DNA from: an uncultured Bacteriovoracaceae bacterium
Lineage (GTDB): Bacteria > Bdellovibrionota > Bacteriovoracia > Bacteriovoracales > Bacteriovoracaceae
Reading direction: 5' to 3'
Assembly (NCBI GenBank): GCA_964012805.1
Contig: CAXGUD010000030.1
Span: forward strand, 1 to 46,086
DNA length: 46,086 nt
The notes below the pieces were generated by a model. That model saw nothing but the letters and a program-made list of their open reading frames with translations. It was not told the DNA's origin and did not search any database. Shown here piece after piece: positions 28,102 to 36,196 of the stretch; positions within the stretch are counted from its first letter, which is position 1, and each line of letters begins with the position of its first letter. The translations under genes were made by a program, and so were the position numbers.

Positions 28102-29358
28102 CTACTTGCCTTTTTTAGGAAAGGAAATCTTAAAATTAGCACCTAGATTAAGACCAGGACTCGTTAATGAGATTTGACCATGAATCAAGTCGATTACTTC
28201 TTTTACATAAAATAGTCCGAGCCCTTCATGATTATTCTTAAAAGATATTCCTCTTGAAAAAAGAAGAGCTTCCTCTTCTTTTGAGAAGCCTACGCCATTA
28301 TCTTCAATATTAATAAAGAAAGAGGTTTTATCTGAAGTCCATCCACTACTAACTTTAATTAGACTTTTTTTATAAGACTCATCATTTTCTTTTCTTTTCT
28401 CAATCGAATCATAAGCATTACTTAAAATATTTAAAAAAACTTGAAAGAGGTCGGTCGAATATTTTTTTAAAGTAAATATTTCTTTGGAAAGAGCAAGTTC
28501 TATATCAATTTTTAACGTTTTTCTTTGATTCTCAGTTAAGTTTAGAGCATTTTGTAAAATGTCGTGAACATTTGATTTTTCCTCTAGGGAATGAATGGGG
28601 TCCTGTTTTATTCTGCTGCGGTACATTTGTATGATTTGTTCAGTTTGATCGATTTTCATTTTAAGAGAAGACAATCTCTGAGTCTTTTGTTTGTGTTCCT
28701 CTTTGAGTGAGGATTTGAAAGTATCCAAAAAAGAAATTATATCCTCACTTTTTTCTTTAAACGCTGCTTTAAGTTCTTTCTCTTTGCTTTTAAAAAGATC
28801 TAACAACTTTGAAACGTGGTTAAAAGACTCTAGGGTTTGGTTATCTTCAATGATCTTAATCCCTAGAGTCAAGTTTGTTATTGTATTTCCTATATTATGG
28901 ATGACAGATTCCATCAACTTGACTTGACCATTTTGAAAGGACTCCCTTTCAATAAGAATTTCCTTTTCTTTTAAAATTCTTGTAACTTCCGTTATATCTT
29001 GAAAGACCCACATGAAGTGATCATTCGATATTTTCCTAATCATGATCGAAAGTATGAGAGTTTTCTTTTCATCTTTTGGGTAGAAATCAACTCTTTTGTC
29101 CTTAATTATAAAGCCTTGTTCATCTCTAAAATTGTTGATATTTTTTTTAAGGTCATTTCCAAGAGCTCTTTTTCCCATATTGAGGAGGTTAAAAATATTA
29201 TGAATTTCAGATGAGTTAGAGATAGATAACAGGTAATTGCAAGCAATAGCATTGCAGAGGTTAATCTCTCCTTCAAAATTCGCTTCACATAGTCCTATAG
29301 GGCTAAGATAAAGAAATTGTAGTAATTCTTCAGTACTTTTTTCCATATACAAAAGCAT
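28102..29358 (-). CDS. Cytoplasmic PAS-domain sensor histidine kinase
   Basis: N-terminal PAS-like LLQFLYLSPIGL...FQDITE; H-box VIHNIGN; NILSNA, DNGVGF, GLGL; no TM segment. Confidence 0.9.
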   Translation of the reverse strand: MLLYMEKSTEELLQFLYLSPIGLCEANFEGEINLCNAIACNYLLSISNSSEIHNIFNLLNMGKRALGNDLKKNINNFRDEQGFIIKDKRVDFYPKDEKKTLILSIMIRKISNDHFMWVFQDITEVTRILKEKEILIERESFQNGQVKLMESVIHNIGNTITNLTLGIKIIEDNQTLESFNHVSKLLDLFKSKEKELKAAFKEKSEDIISFLDTFKSSLKEEHKQKTQRLSSLKMKIDQTEQIIQMYRSRIKQDPIHSLEEKSNVHDILQNALNLTENQRKTLKIDIELALSKEIFTLKKYSTDLFQVFLNILSNAYDSIEKRKENDESYKKSLIKVSSGWTSDKTSFFINIEDNGVGFSKEEEALLFSRGISFKNNHEGLGLFYVKEVIDLIHGQISLTSPGLNLGANFKISFPKKGK

Positions 29359-29410
29359 TCTAACACAGTTTATTATAAAGTTAGAAGTTCAATTTTTAAG
29401 GGAGGAAATC

Positions 29411-29770
29411 TTGGATTTTGAGAGTATTTCAATAGAGGATTTGGATTCAAAAACGGATGCAGAGTTAGATCAATTGAATTTCGGAATTGTAGGAAGTGAA
29501 AAAGAAAATCATATTTGTACTCGTTACAACAAATACGAAGCTGACCTTGCTGGCCTTTCCAAAGATTACGTGATTGGAAAGAATTTTTATGTTGATGTAG
29601 CCCCATGTACAAATAATTTCTTGGTCTATAACCGCTTTGAAACAGAAACGAATTTGGAAGTAGCACTTGATTATGTTTTTACTTATAAACTCTCACCGAC
29701 GAAAGTTAAGCTAAGAATGCTGAAGTCCGAGGATTCTTTGACAGAGTATCTTCTTGTCCTAAAGAAATAG
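29411..29770 (+). CDS. pyp: Photoactive yellow protein (PYP) homolog
   Basis: LDQLNFG, YNKYE (Y42/E46), VIGKNFYVDVAPCT (C69), DYVFTYKLSPTKVKLRMLK align with H. halophila PYP. GGGAGG RBS before the TTG start. Confidence 0.92.
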   Translation: MDFESISIEDLDSKTDAELDQLNFGIVGSEKENHICTRYNKYEADLAGLSKDYVIGKNFYVDVAPCTNNFLVYNRFETETNLEVALDYVFTYKLSPTKVKLRMLKSEDSLTEYLLVLKK

Positions 29771-29778
29771 GAGGTTGT

Positions 29779-30462
29779 GTGGACTGGAAATCACTTATTC
29801 ACGAGGCTTTAAAAGAAGGAAAAGGACCTTTAACCGTTACACGTTATGGAGAAATAATACCTTCTTCATCTTTGTGGGTTGAAGTGAGAAAGTGGGTTAA
29901 GATTTTTAGAGAATATGGCATGTCTCCTGGAGATAGAGTTTCCATACAAGTGTCTGATGTTCTTCCTTATTTGGGATCCTTTCTGGCTTCTCTTTGGGAT
30001 GGCTATCAGATTATGATTTTTGACCCTTTTAAGAGTATAAAGGTGAAAAAAAAGTTGTTTCCTGCTGACTTGAAAATAGTTGAAGACAAAATATATGAAA
30101 ATGAAGAAATGGGTTTTTCATTAGGACAGGACCCTTTTGAAGAGAGTGATGTTAGGCTAATCTTTCTGAGAGGTAAGGGATACACGGCTTATACTGATGA
30201 TGACTTAAGTAGTTTGATAAACTCTTTCAAAGTAAAAAAAAGATTTTTAAGAAATAATGTACTTTCTTTTTCTGATTGGTACAGAGAAACCGGAATTATT
30301 CAAGATGTTATACCATCACTTATGTGGTCAGATCTTCTCTTGCAAGGGAGTTTGAAATGGGATAACGAAAAAATTTTGGCAATGAAAAAAAAATATCATA
30401 TAAATGTAGTCAAAGGCTTAAAAAAGTCTATTAAAGAAAATAATCAATTAAAACTTTTTTAA
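29779..30462 (+). CDS. Truncated, degenerate AMP-binding (CoA-ligase-like) protein adjacent to PYP
   Basis: FREYGMSPGDRVSI and VLSFSDWYRETGII match ANL N-terminal-domain motifs. The P-loop position reads IFLRGKG. Only 227 aa. AGGAGG RBS overlaps the pyp stop. Confidence 0.65.
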   Translation: MDWKSLIHEALKEGKGPLTVTRYGEIIPSSSLWVEVRKWVKIFREYGMSPGDRVSIQVSDVLPYLGSFLASLWDGYQIMIFDPFKSIKVKKKLFPADLKIVEDKIYENEEMGFSLGQDPFEESDVRLIFLRGKGYTAYTDDDLSSLINSFKVKKRFLRNNVLSFSDWYRETGIIQDVIPSLMWSDLLLQGSLKWDNEKILAMKKKYHINVVKGLKKSIKENNQLKLF

Positions 30463-30480
30463 CGAAGCGACTACACATAG

Positions 30481-31287
30481 ATGAAAAATCATTCCTTTTT
30501 TTCAAAAAATCAAAGGAGAAAAATTCTTTATTGCTCTTTGGAAGGTGGTAAAGACCAAATTTTTGATTTTTATAAACAAGAATTTGAAAAAGAGTCCATA
30601 CATCTTATTCCTATTTCAAATTTAAGTGATGCTAAAAAGTATACCTCTGATGATGCCTCAGAAATTTTGGGTTTTATCCTTCATTTTAATTGGGGTGAAA
30701 AACAGTGTGGACAATTTATAGAACACTTAAAAGAAAATAAGCTTCTTTTTGAATCCTCTTTTATTTTTATGCTCTTTGACTCAAAGTCATCTAGTGAGAG
30801 GAAAAGTGCTTTTGTATGGGGGGCCAAAGAAGTCTTGGATCCGAACGATTCAAAAAGTATAGGCGTTTTAAAAGATCATTTTATTAGCTATCATGGTGAT
30901 TTTAAATCATCTTCTTTTTCAAATTTAAATATTGGTTTTTTAGATGATTCTGAAAACCTTGTAGAGTCTTTTCAAAACTTTCTTTCTCAAAGAGAAATTG
31001 ATAAGAACTGGTCTTTTTTTACGACCTTGGAAGATTGGAAAAAAAATAAAAAATCATTTGATTTAGTGATGATTGATTACCGTTTTGGTAAAAATTTGGG
31101 AACCCAGTTAATCGAAGAGATTAAGGAATCCAATCGAAAAGCATTAGTTTTTATTATAAGTAATTATATTTCACCTGAGATAGAAAAATTATGTAAAGAA
31201 AGTAAGGCAGATTTTATCTTTAGTAAACCAAGGGACTTTAACCTTATTTTGTCCAGAATCTTTGAAGCTTATGTGAAACTTGTTTAA
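30481..31287 (+). CDS. Tandem receiver protein (pseudo-REC + REC)
   Basis: C-terminal FLDDS, FDLVMID, FSKP; degenerate N-terminal REC (RKSAFVWGA). Confidence 0.8.
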   Translation: MKNHSFFSKNQRRKILYCSLEGGKDQIFDFYKQEFEKESIHLIPISNLSDAKKYTSDDASEILGFILHFNWGEKQCGQFIEHLKENKLLFESSFIFMLFDSKSSSERKSAFVWGAKEVLDPNDSKSIGVLKDHFISYHGDFKSSSFSNLNIGFLDDSENLVESFQNFLSQREIDKNWSFFTTLEDWKKNKKSFDLVMIDYRFGKNLGTQLIEEIKESNRKALVFIISNYISPEIEKLCKESKADFIFSKPRDFNLILSRIFEAYVKLV

Positions 31288-31945
31288 AGGGAGTCCTCAC
31301 TTGGAATCAAATGAAAAAAGTATTATTGAAAGTTTCATTCATGATTTCAAAGGCGAGCTTCGGGATTTAAAATTAAATCTCGAAAAAGATAATAATGTTG
31401 AAGGATCTATACTTTTTCAAATCGAAATGATGAATGAAATGCTTTTAGCAGTTGAAGAGTATTACTTCTTTTATCATATGGAACTTAAAAAAAAATCTGT
31501 AAATTTACCTTTGTTGGTTAAAAGTTGTTTTCAAAAGGTTAAAGAAAGAAATCAAAATAGAACGGTAGAGTTTAATATTATTTTAAATAACTTTAAAAAA
31601 AGTAATGAGTCTGATCTTATCGGAGATGATGACTCAATAAAAAAGGCCCTCTCTCTTTTAATTGAAAATGCATGGAAATTTACCAAAGATGTTCCAAATG
31701 CAACGATTACCTTTGGTGAAGAGGATATTAAAGGAGAACACTTCTTTTATCTTTATAACAATGGTCCTAACCTCCCTCATGAGGTAAATATTTTTGATCT
31801 TTTTTATGGTAAGCGCTCTGGACACGAAAGGGCCGGTTTGGGAATAGGTTTACCGTTGGCAAAACTTATTTTTGAAAAACATGGCGGTCGTTTATGGGCA
31901 AAAAATAATGATGAAGGCGGGGTTACATTTTATTTTAAGTTTTAA
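31280..31945 (+). CDS. Sensorless histidine kinase (bacteriophytochrome-type HATPase)
   Basis: H-box FIHDFK near the N-terminus; ENAWKFT, GLGIGL, HGGRLWA, GVTFYF. Confidence 0.82.
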   Translation: MFKGSPHLESNEKSIIESFIHDFKGELRDLKLNLEKDNNVEGSILFQIEMMNEMLLAVEEYYFFYHMELKKKSVNLPLLVKSCFQKVKERNQNRTVEFNIILNNFKKSNESDLIGDDDSIKKALSLLIENAWKFTKDVPNATITFGEEDIKGEHFFYLYNNGPNLPHEVNIFDLFYGKRSGHERAGLGIGLPLAKLIFEKHGGRLWAKNNDEGGVTFYFKF

Positions 31946-31949
31946 ACTT

Positions 31950-32759
31950 TTATTTTAAACCTCTCTTTTCTATAACTTGGAAGATTTTTAAAGAGAGTTC
32001 TGAAGGGGAAAGAGGTTTAGGAAAGAAGTCATCCGCACCTCTTTTTAAGGCCTCAAGGGCGATATCAGGGTTTTGAACTGAGCTCATTGCAAAAATGAGA
32101 GCGTCAGGCTTTCTTTTCCTAATTTCCTCCATCGTTTCTAGCCCTGAAATTTTACTCATGACAATATCAACAAGGTAGATGTCACTTTCAATAAAATCTC
32201 TAAGAACCTCCTCTCCAGATTTGAATATATTTACTTTTTTAAAACCAAGCGTATTAAGGGAAGTCTTTAAGGAATTAAGGACATTTACGGAGTCATCAAT
32301 AATTGTAACGGAGTAATTGATGTTTCTTTTATGATCATCCCATTCAATTAATTTCTTTTTTAAGAGTAAGTCTATTTGCTGATTAGTCTTTTCAATTTCT
32401 CTGGATGGTGAAAAATATTCTGAGATTCCCCATTCAAAGGCTTGCTTTTTTTCTAATATTGTTTCTTCACTTAAAAGAGCAAAAAGGTCAGGTCGATGGA
32501 GTGTCTCATAGGATTTTATGAGAGAAGCACACTCTTTTAAATCATTTTTGTCAGCATTAAAGTTTATAAGGCAGGCCAAAACTTTTTTCTGAGGTTTATG
32601 CAAAAAATTTCTCAGGTCTTCTACTTGATAAAAAGCGGCATAAATATAGCCCTTTTTTGAGAAAAAGACTTCCTGTTCTTTTATTGGTTCTAAATCTTTA
32701 CTAAAATAGATAAAGTAGGGGAATTTTGCATTTGACATTAAAAAATCTCCTATTATCAA
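31950..32759 (-). CDS. Tandem receiver protein (pseudo-REC + REC), paralog of 30481..31287
   Basis: C-terminal IIDDS, YLVDIVM, GADDFFPKP; N-terminal KKQAFEWGI. Confidence 0.82.
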   Translation of the reverse strand: MIIGDFLMSNAKFPYFIYFSKDLEPIKEQEVFFSKKGYIYAAFYQVEDLRNFLHKPQKKVLACLINFNADKNDLKECASLIKSYETLHRPDLFALLSEETILEKKQAFEWGISEYFSPSREIEKTNQQIDLLLKKKLIEWDDHKRNINYSVTIIDDSVNVLNSLKTSLNTLGFKKVNIFKSGEEVLRDFIESDIYLVDIVMSKISGLETMEEIRKRKPDALIFAMSSVQNPDIALEALKRGADDFFPKPLSPSELSLKIFQVIEKRGLK

Positions 32760-32789
32760 GAAATTTTAGATTAAAAAAAGATAAATTGC

Positions 32790-34580
32790 ATGAAAAATAT
32801 TGAACTAGATAAAATTTTAGATTTGATTAGAAAAGAAGCAGGTCTTGATTTATTAAAATATGGTAAACATTATCTAGAAACTAGAATTTCTCAATTTTTT
32901 GAAGAGAAAAAACTATCAAGCTTTTCAGAATTACAGACCTATTTTCAAGAAAATAAAAATTCAATGAAAGATTTTATTGAAGCTCTCTTAATTGTTTCAA
33001 CGACTTTTTTTAGGGATCCAAATTCTTTTTCTGTATTTAAAGAGAGAGTTCTTGATTATCTTAAGACTCATAGGGGGGGGGATGAACTCAGGGTTTGGGT
33101 CGCAGGCTGTTCAACTGGAGAAGAAGCTTATTCAGTTTCTATTATTTTAAAAGAGTCTCTAGAAGAACTAGGGATATCTTCAAAAGAAATAAAAATTTTT
33201 GCAACAGATTTAAATGAAAAAAGCCTCTCTATTGCTTCTACCGGGTATTTTCACAAAAAATTTAGTGAAAATATTTCTAAAGAGAGACAAAGAAGGTTTC
33301 TAAAGAGAGAAGGTGACCAATTTCAAGTCATTGATAGTATTAAAAAAGATATTAGTTTTGTGAGCCATGACCTTATAAACCACGCCCCTTTTTTTAATTT
33401 GGATATTATTGTTTGCCGAAATGTCATGATTTACTTCAATAAAAAACAACAAAATGAAACCGTGACTAATTTTTACGAAAGTTTAAAAGAAAATGGAATT
33501 TTATTTTGCGGTGAAAATGAATTAGGCGTCACTATAGATATTAAAAGGTGGAGGCAATTCCAATTTGGGGTTTCAATATTTGAAAAACTAGAGTTAGGGA
33601 AAAAAGATAAAGAAGATAAAGAAGAAGATATTTATAATAAAAGTGAAAAACTGTATTCGAGAAACATTACTGATCCATTTGATTTAAAAAGAAGGGATAG
33701 GCTTTCTTTGACAAATCGTTATATAGATTTGTTACTTCAAGGAACTCTAAAAAATGGAGTTTTTTTGGAGGAAAATTTCGATATTCTTTATGTTATTGGA
33801 GGCGTAGAAAAATATTTCTCCTTAAATTCTGGTTACTTTTCAAGAAATATCTTTGGTTTTCTCAATAATGAAATAAAAGATCACTGCCGTATTTTGTTAG
33901 AAGACTGTGCTGAAAAGGAAGGCACGAGTGTTTATGAACTTAAATCAGTTGGACTCATAATTAAAGCCTATTTTTTAAAAAGTTTAGACGATTTAAAGGG
34001 ATTTTACCTTCAGTTTGATTCTATATCCTCGGAGAATCAAAAAGAAGAGAATATATCAGATATTAATAAAGATGAATTGGATGTTTTAAAAAATTCATTA
34101 AAAAAGAAAGAGAAAGAAAATTTTTATTTAAAAGAGCAAAATGAAGAATTGGGTGACTTAGCAAGAAGCCTCTCTGATAATTTGGAAAAAGAAAAAGCCT
34201 ATTATAAAAGTTCAAACGCTTTTTATGAATCCTTGAGTACAGAAAATCAGCTTTTAAAAGAGCAATGTAAGGTACTTAATTCCATTGAGTCTAGTGGGAA
34301 AGAAGCTTTCTTATACCTAAATGAAGAAGGGATTCTTCAAGACTTCAATGAAAAGACCATAGATTATTTTCCTTTAAAGTCCTCAGATAAAGGCCTATCT
34401 TTGGACCGAGTTTCTTCCTGTTTTAAGTCTTTTTCTTCGAAAAACTTACTAAAGGAAGTAAAGCAAAATAAAGATTTTAAAGGGCTTAAATTAACCTCCA
34501 GTGAGGGGAGTGAGTTTCTTCTTCAAATTTTCTCCATTTCTCCTAATCTATACCTTTTCAAAATTACAGAACTCCCTTAA
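32790..34580 (+). CDS. cheR: CheR methyltransferase with C-terminal PAS/coiled-coil/PAS_10-like region (CheBR-type, no CheB)
   Basis: TTFFRD, RVWVAGCSTGEEAYS, IFATDL, HDL, CRNVMIYF; C-terminal AFLYLN...FPL..SDKG.L resembles PAS_10. Confidence 0.9.
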   Translation: MKNIELDKILDLIRKEAGLDLLKYGKHYLETRISQFFEEKKLSSFSELQTYFQENKNSMKDFIEALLIVSTTFFRDPNSFSVFKERVLDYLKTHRGGDELRVWVAGCSTGEEAYSVSIILKESLEELGISSKEIKIFATDLNEKSLSIASTGYFHKKFSENISKERQRRFLKREGDQFQVIDSIKKDISFVSHDLINHAPFFNLDIIVCRNVMIYFNKKQQNETVTNFYESLKENGILFCGENELGVTIDIKRWRQFQFGVSIFEKLELGKKDKEDKEEDIYNKSEKLYSRNITDPFDLKRRDRLSLTNRYIDLLLQGTLKNGVFLEENFDILYVIGGVEKYFSLNSGYFSRNIFGFLNNEIKDHCRILLEDCAEKEGTSVYELKSVGLIIKAYFLKSLDDLKGFYLQFDSISSENQKEENISDINKDELDVLKNSLKKKEKENFYLKEQNEELGDLARSLSDNLEKEKAYYKSSNAFYESLSTENQLLKEQCKVLNSIESSGKEAFLYLNEEGILQDFNEKTIDYFPLKSSDKGLSLDRVSSCFKSFSSKNLLKEVKQNKDFKGLKLTSSEGSEFLLQIFSISPNLYLFKITELP

Positions 34581-34606
34581 ATTCATTCAATTGAAAGGAG
34601 GGAATT

Positions 34607-35047
34607 ATGGTGAAAATTCCAGAAAGCTTTAGAAAAGATTGTGTTTTGGACCATGTGGCCATAGCAGTAGATGATTTAGAGAAGGCCGTTAAAACCTATG
34701 AATCTCTTGGAATTCAATTCAAAGATGAAAGGGAGGTTGTCGAATCGCAAGGGGTTGTTACAGCTTTTGCTTCCATTGACGAAAATGCTCAATTGGAGCT
34801 TCTTGGTGTTCATGGCGAGGGGGGGCCTATCGAGAAGTTCTTAAGCAAAAAGGGACCTGGAATACACCACCTCAGTTTTAAAGTCCCCGATATTGAGGCA
34901 AAATGTAAGGAGCTAAAAGAAAAGGGTTTTAAGCTACTTTACGAAGAACCTCAAAGTGGGGCCCATTCCTGTCGGGTAAATTTTATACATCCGAAGTCGA
35001 CAGGAGGAGTTCTTATTGAAATTTCGCAGCCAGTAGGTGAGACCTAG
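34607..35047 (+). CDS. mce: Methylmalonyl-CoA epimerase
   Basis: LDHVAIAV, QGV, FLSKKGPGIHH, FIHPKSTGGVLIE. Confidence 0.93.
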   Translation: MVKIPESFRKDCVLDHVAIAVDDLEKAVKTYESLGIQFKDEREVVESQGVVTAFASIDENAQLELLGVHGEGGPIEKFLSKKGPGIHHLSFKVPDIEAKCKELKEKGFKLLYEEPQSGAHSCRVNFIHPKSTGGVLIEISQPVGET

Positions 35048-35068
35048 AGGGAATAAACCTATCAAAGA

Positions 35069-35836
35069 ATGGAGGACTCAATGCAGCAAGGATATGGGAT
35101 TCACGTTCCTAAATTAACACCTTTGAATAAAATTCTGATTATCATTACTGCTTCATCTTTTTTTCTTCAAAGTATTTTGGCAAAAACTGGCGCCGCTTTT
35201 GTACTGAATTATGTTCCTCTCGTTCCTGCCAACTTTTTCTCTGGGCATATTTATGAACTTATAACCTATCCTTTCCTGGCCCAAGGGGTTTTTGAAGTCC
35301 TTTTTGAATGCCTTTTATTCTGGTTTGTAGGAAGTGAGTTAGAGTCCATTTGGGGAAAGAAGCTTTATGCAAAATTCTTGATAGTTGTCGTTATTGGAGG
35401 AGGTCTCCTCTATTTAGGCTTAATGGCGGCATTATCTTTTCTCGTAGGTCCAACTGCTTATATGTCGCCTCTTATGGGTTTGGCCGGAGTGACGAGTTTT
35501 CTTCTTCTGGCCTATGCCATTCTTTATCCTAATCAAATTTTTACCTTTGCCCTTATCTTTCCAATGAAGGCCAAGTACTTTTGCGCTATTATTATTGGTT
35601 TATTTTTCTTTTATGGGGTTTTTGGTAATTATTACGGTGCATTTGGTCACTTGGGGCTTATGGGTGTTGGTTACGCTTATATGGTTTGGCTTTCTTCACC
35701 GCGCTTTAAAAAGTGGCGGGCCTATTTTACGAGAGCTCCAAAAAATGTTCAAAATAAAAGGAAAAAATCGCATTTAAAGCTGGTCAAAAATTTTGAAGAT
35801 GATGATAATGAGGGTGGCCCCAAGTATTGGCAATAA
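35069..35836 (+). CDS. Rhomboid-family membrane protein (likely inactive)
   Basis: Six TM segments, ELITYPFL, GSELESIWG, FPMKAKY, GHLG; GLAG in place of GxSG. Confidence 0.8.
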   Translation: MEDSMQQGYGIHVPKLTPLNKILIIITASSFFLQSILAKTGAAFVLNYVPLVPANFFSGHIYELITYPFLAQGVFEVLFECLLFWFVGSELESIWGKKLYAKFLIVVVIGGGLLYLGLMAALSFLVGPTAYMSPLMGLAGVTSFLLLAYAILYPNQIFTFALIFPMKAKYFCAIIIGLFFFYGVFGNYYGAFGHLGLMGVGYAYMVWLSSPRFKKWRAYFTRAPKNVQNKRKKSHLKLVKNFEDDDNEGGPKYWQ

Positions 35837-35929
35837 GAGATTTTGTCGCTTTTTGCTTTTGCGTTACTTGTCATTAGTTGGAAAGAGTGCTAAGAATTTT
35901 CCCTAAAATCGAAAAAAGGAATCCCTAGA

Positions 35930-36139
35930 ATGAGAATCGCTCAAGCTTTGAAAGAAAAATTAATGGACGTTCGTTTAAGAGATAAACTTATTGCAGAGGG
36001 TAAAGTAACTCAGGAAGATGTAGAAAAGTACCTTCACGAACTTGAAGATCAGACAACAAAACTTCTTTACACAGATCAGGTTGAAACTCAAAGTGGAGTT
36101 GAGGCAGGAGCTCGAGACCCACAGGGCTTAAATCAGTAA
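35930..36139 (+). CDS. Small hypothetical protein
   Basis: DVRL.....GKVT..D..KYL..LED pattern, recalled from small deltaproteobacterial proteins; RBS present. Confidence 0.65.
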   Translation: MRIAQALKEKLMDVRLRDKLIAEGKVTQEDVEKYLHELEDQTTKLLYTDQVETQSGVEAGARDPQGLNQ

Positions 36140-36152
36140 AAAACTTGGAATG

Positions 36153-36180
36153 AGGGCCTTTTGACCATGAATAAGGCCCT
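36153..36180. terminator. Inverted repeat between convergent genes
   Basis: agggcctt-N12-aaggccct. Confidence 0.5.
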
Positions 36181-36196
36181 TTCGACCCTTGCCCTT

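Noticed and set aside
33600..33630. Short gaagataaa-like tandem repeat within cheR
   Set aside because: It encodes a low-complexity KDKEDKEED linker; not a DNA-level element.
26455..34606. Target-site duplication bounding the PYP cluster
   Set aside because: Only weak AT-rich similarity at the two ends and no mobility gene, so island status rests on composition and gene content only.
35867..35893. GAGTGCTAA, a perfect right arm of a CIRCE element
   Set aside because: Left arm does not match TTAGCACTC. It reads better as a TTGTCA / extended TG-TAAGAA promoter, and the downstream gene is not a chaperone.
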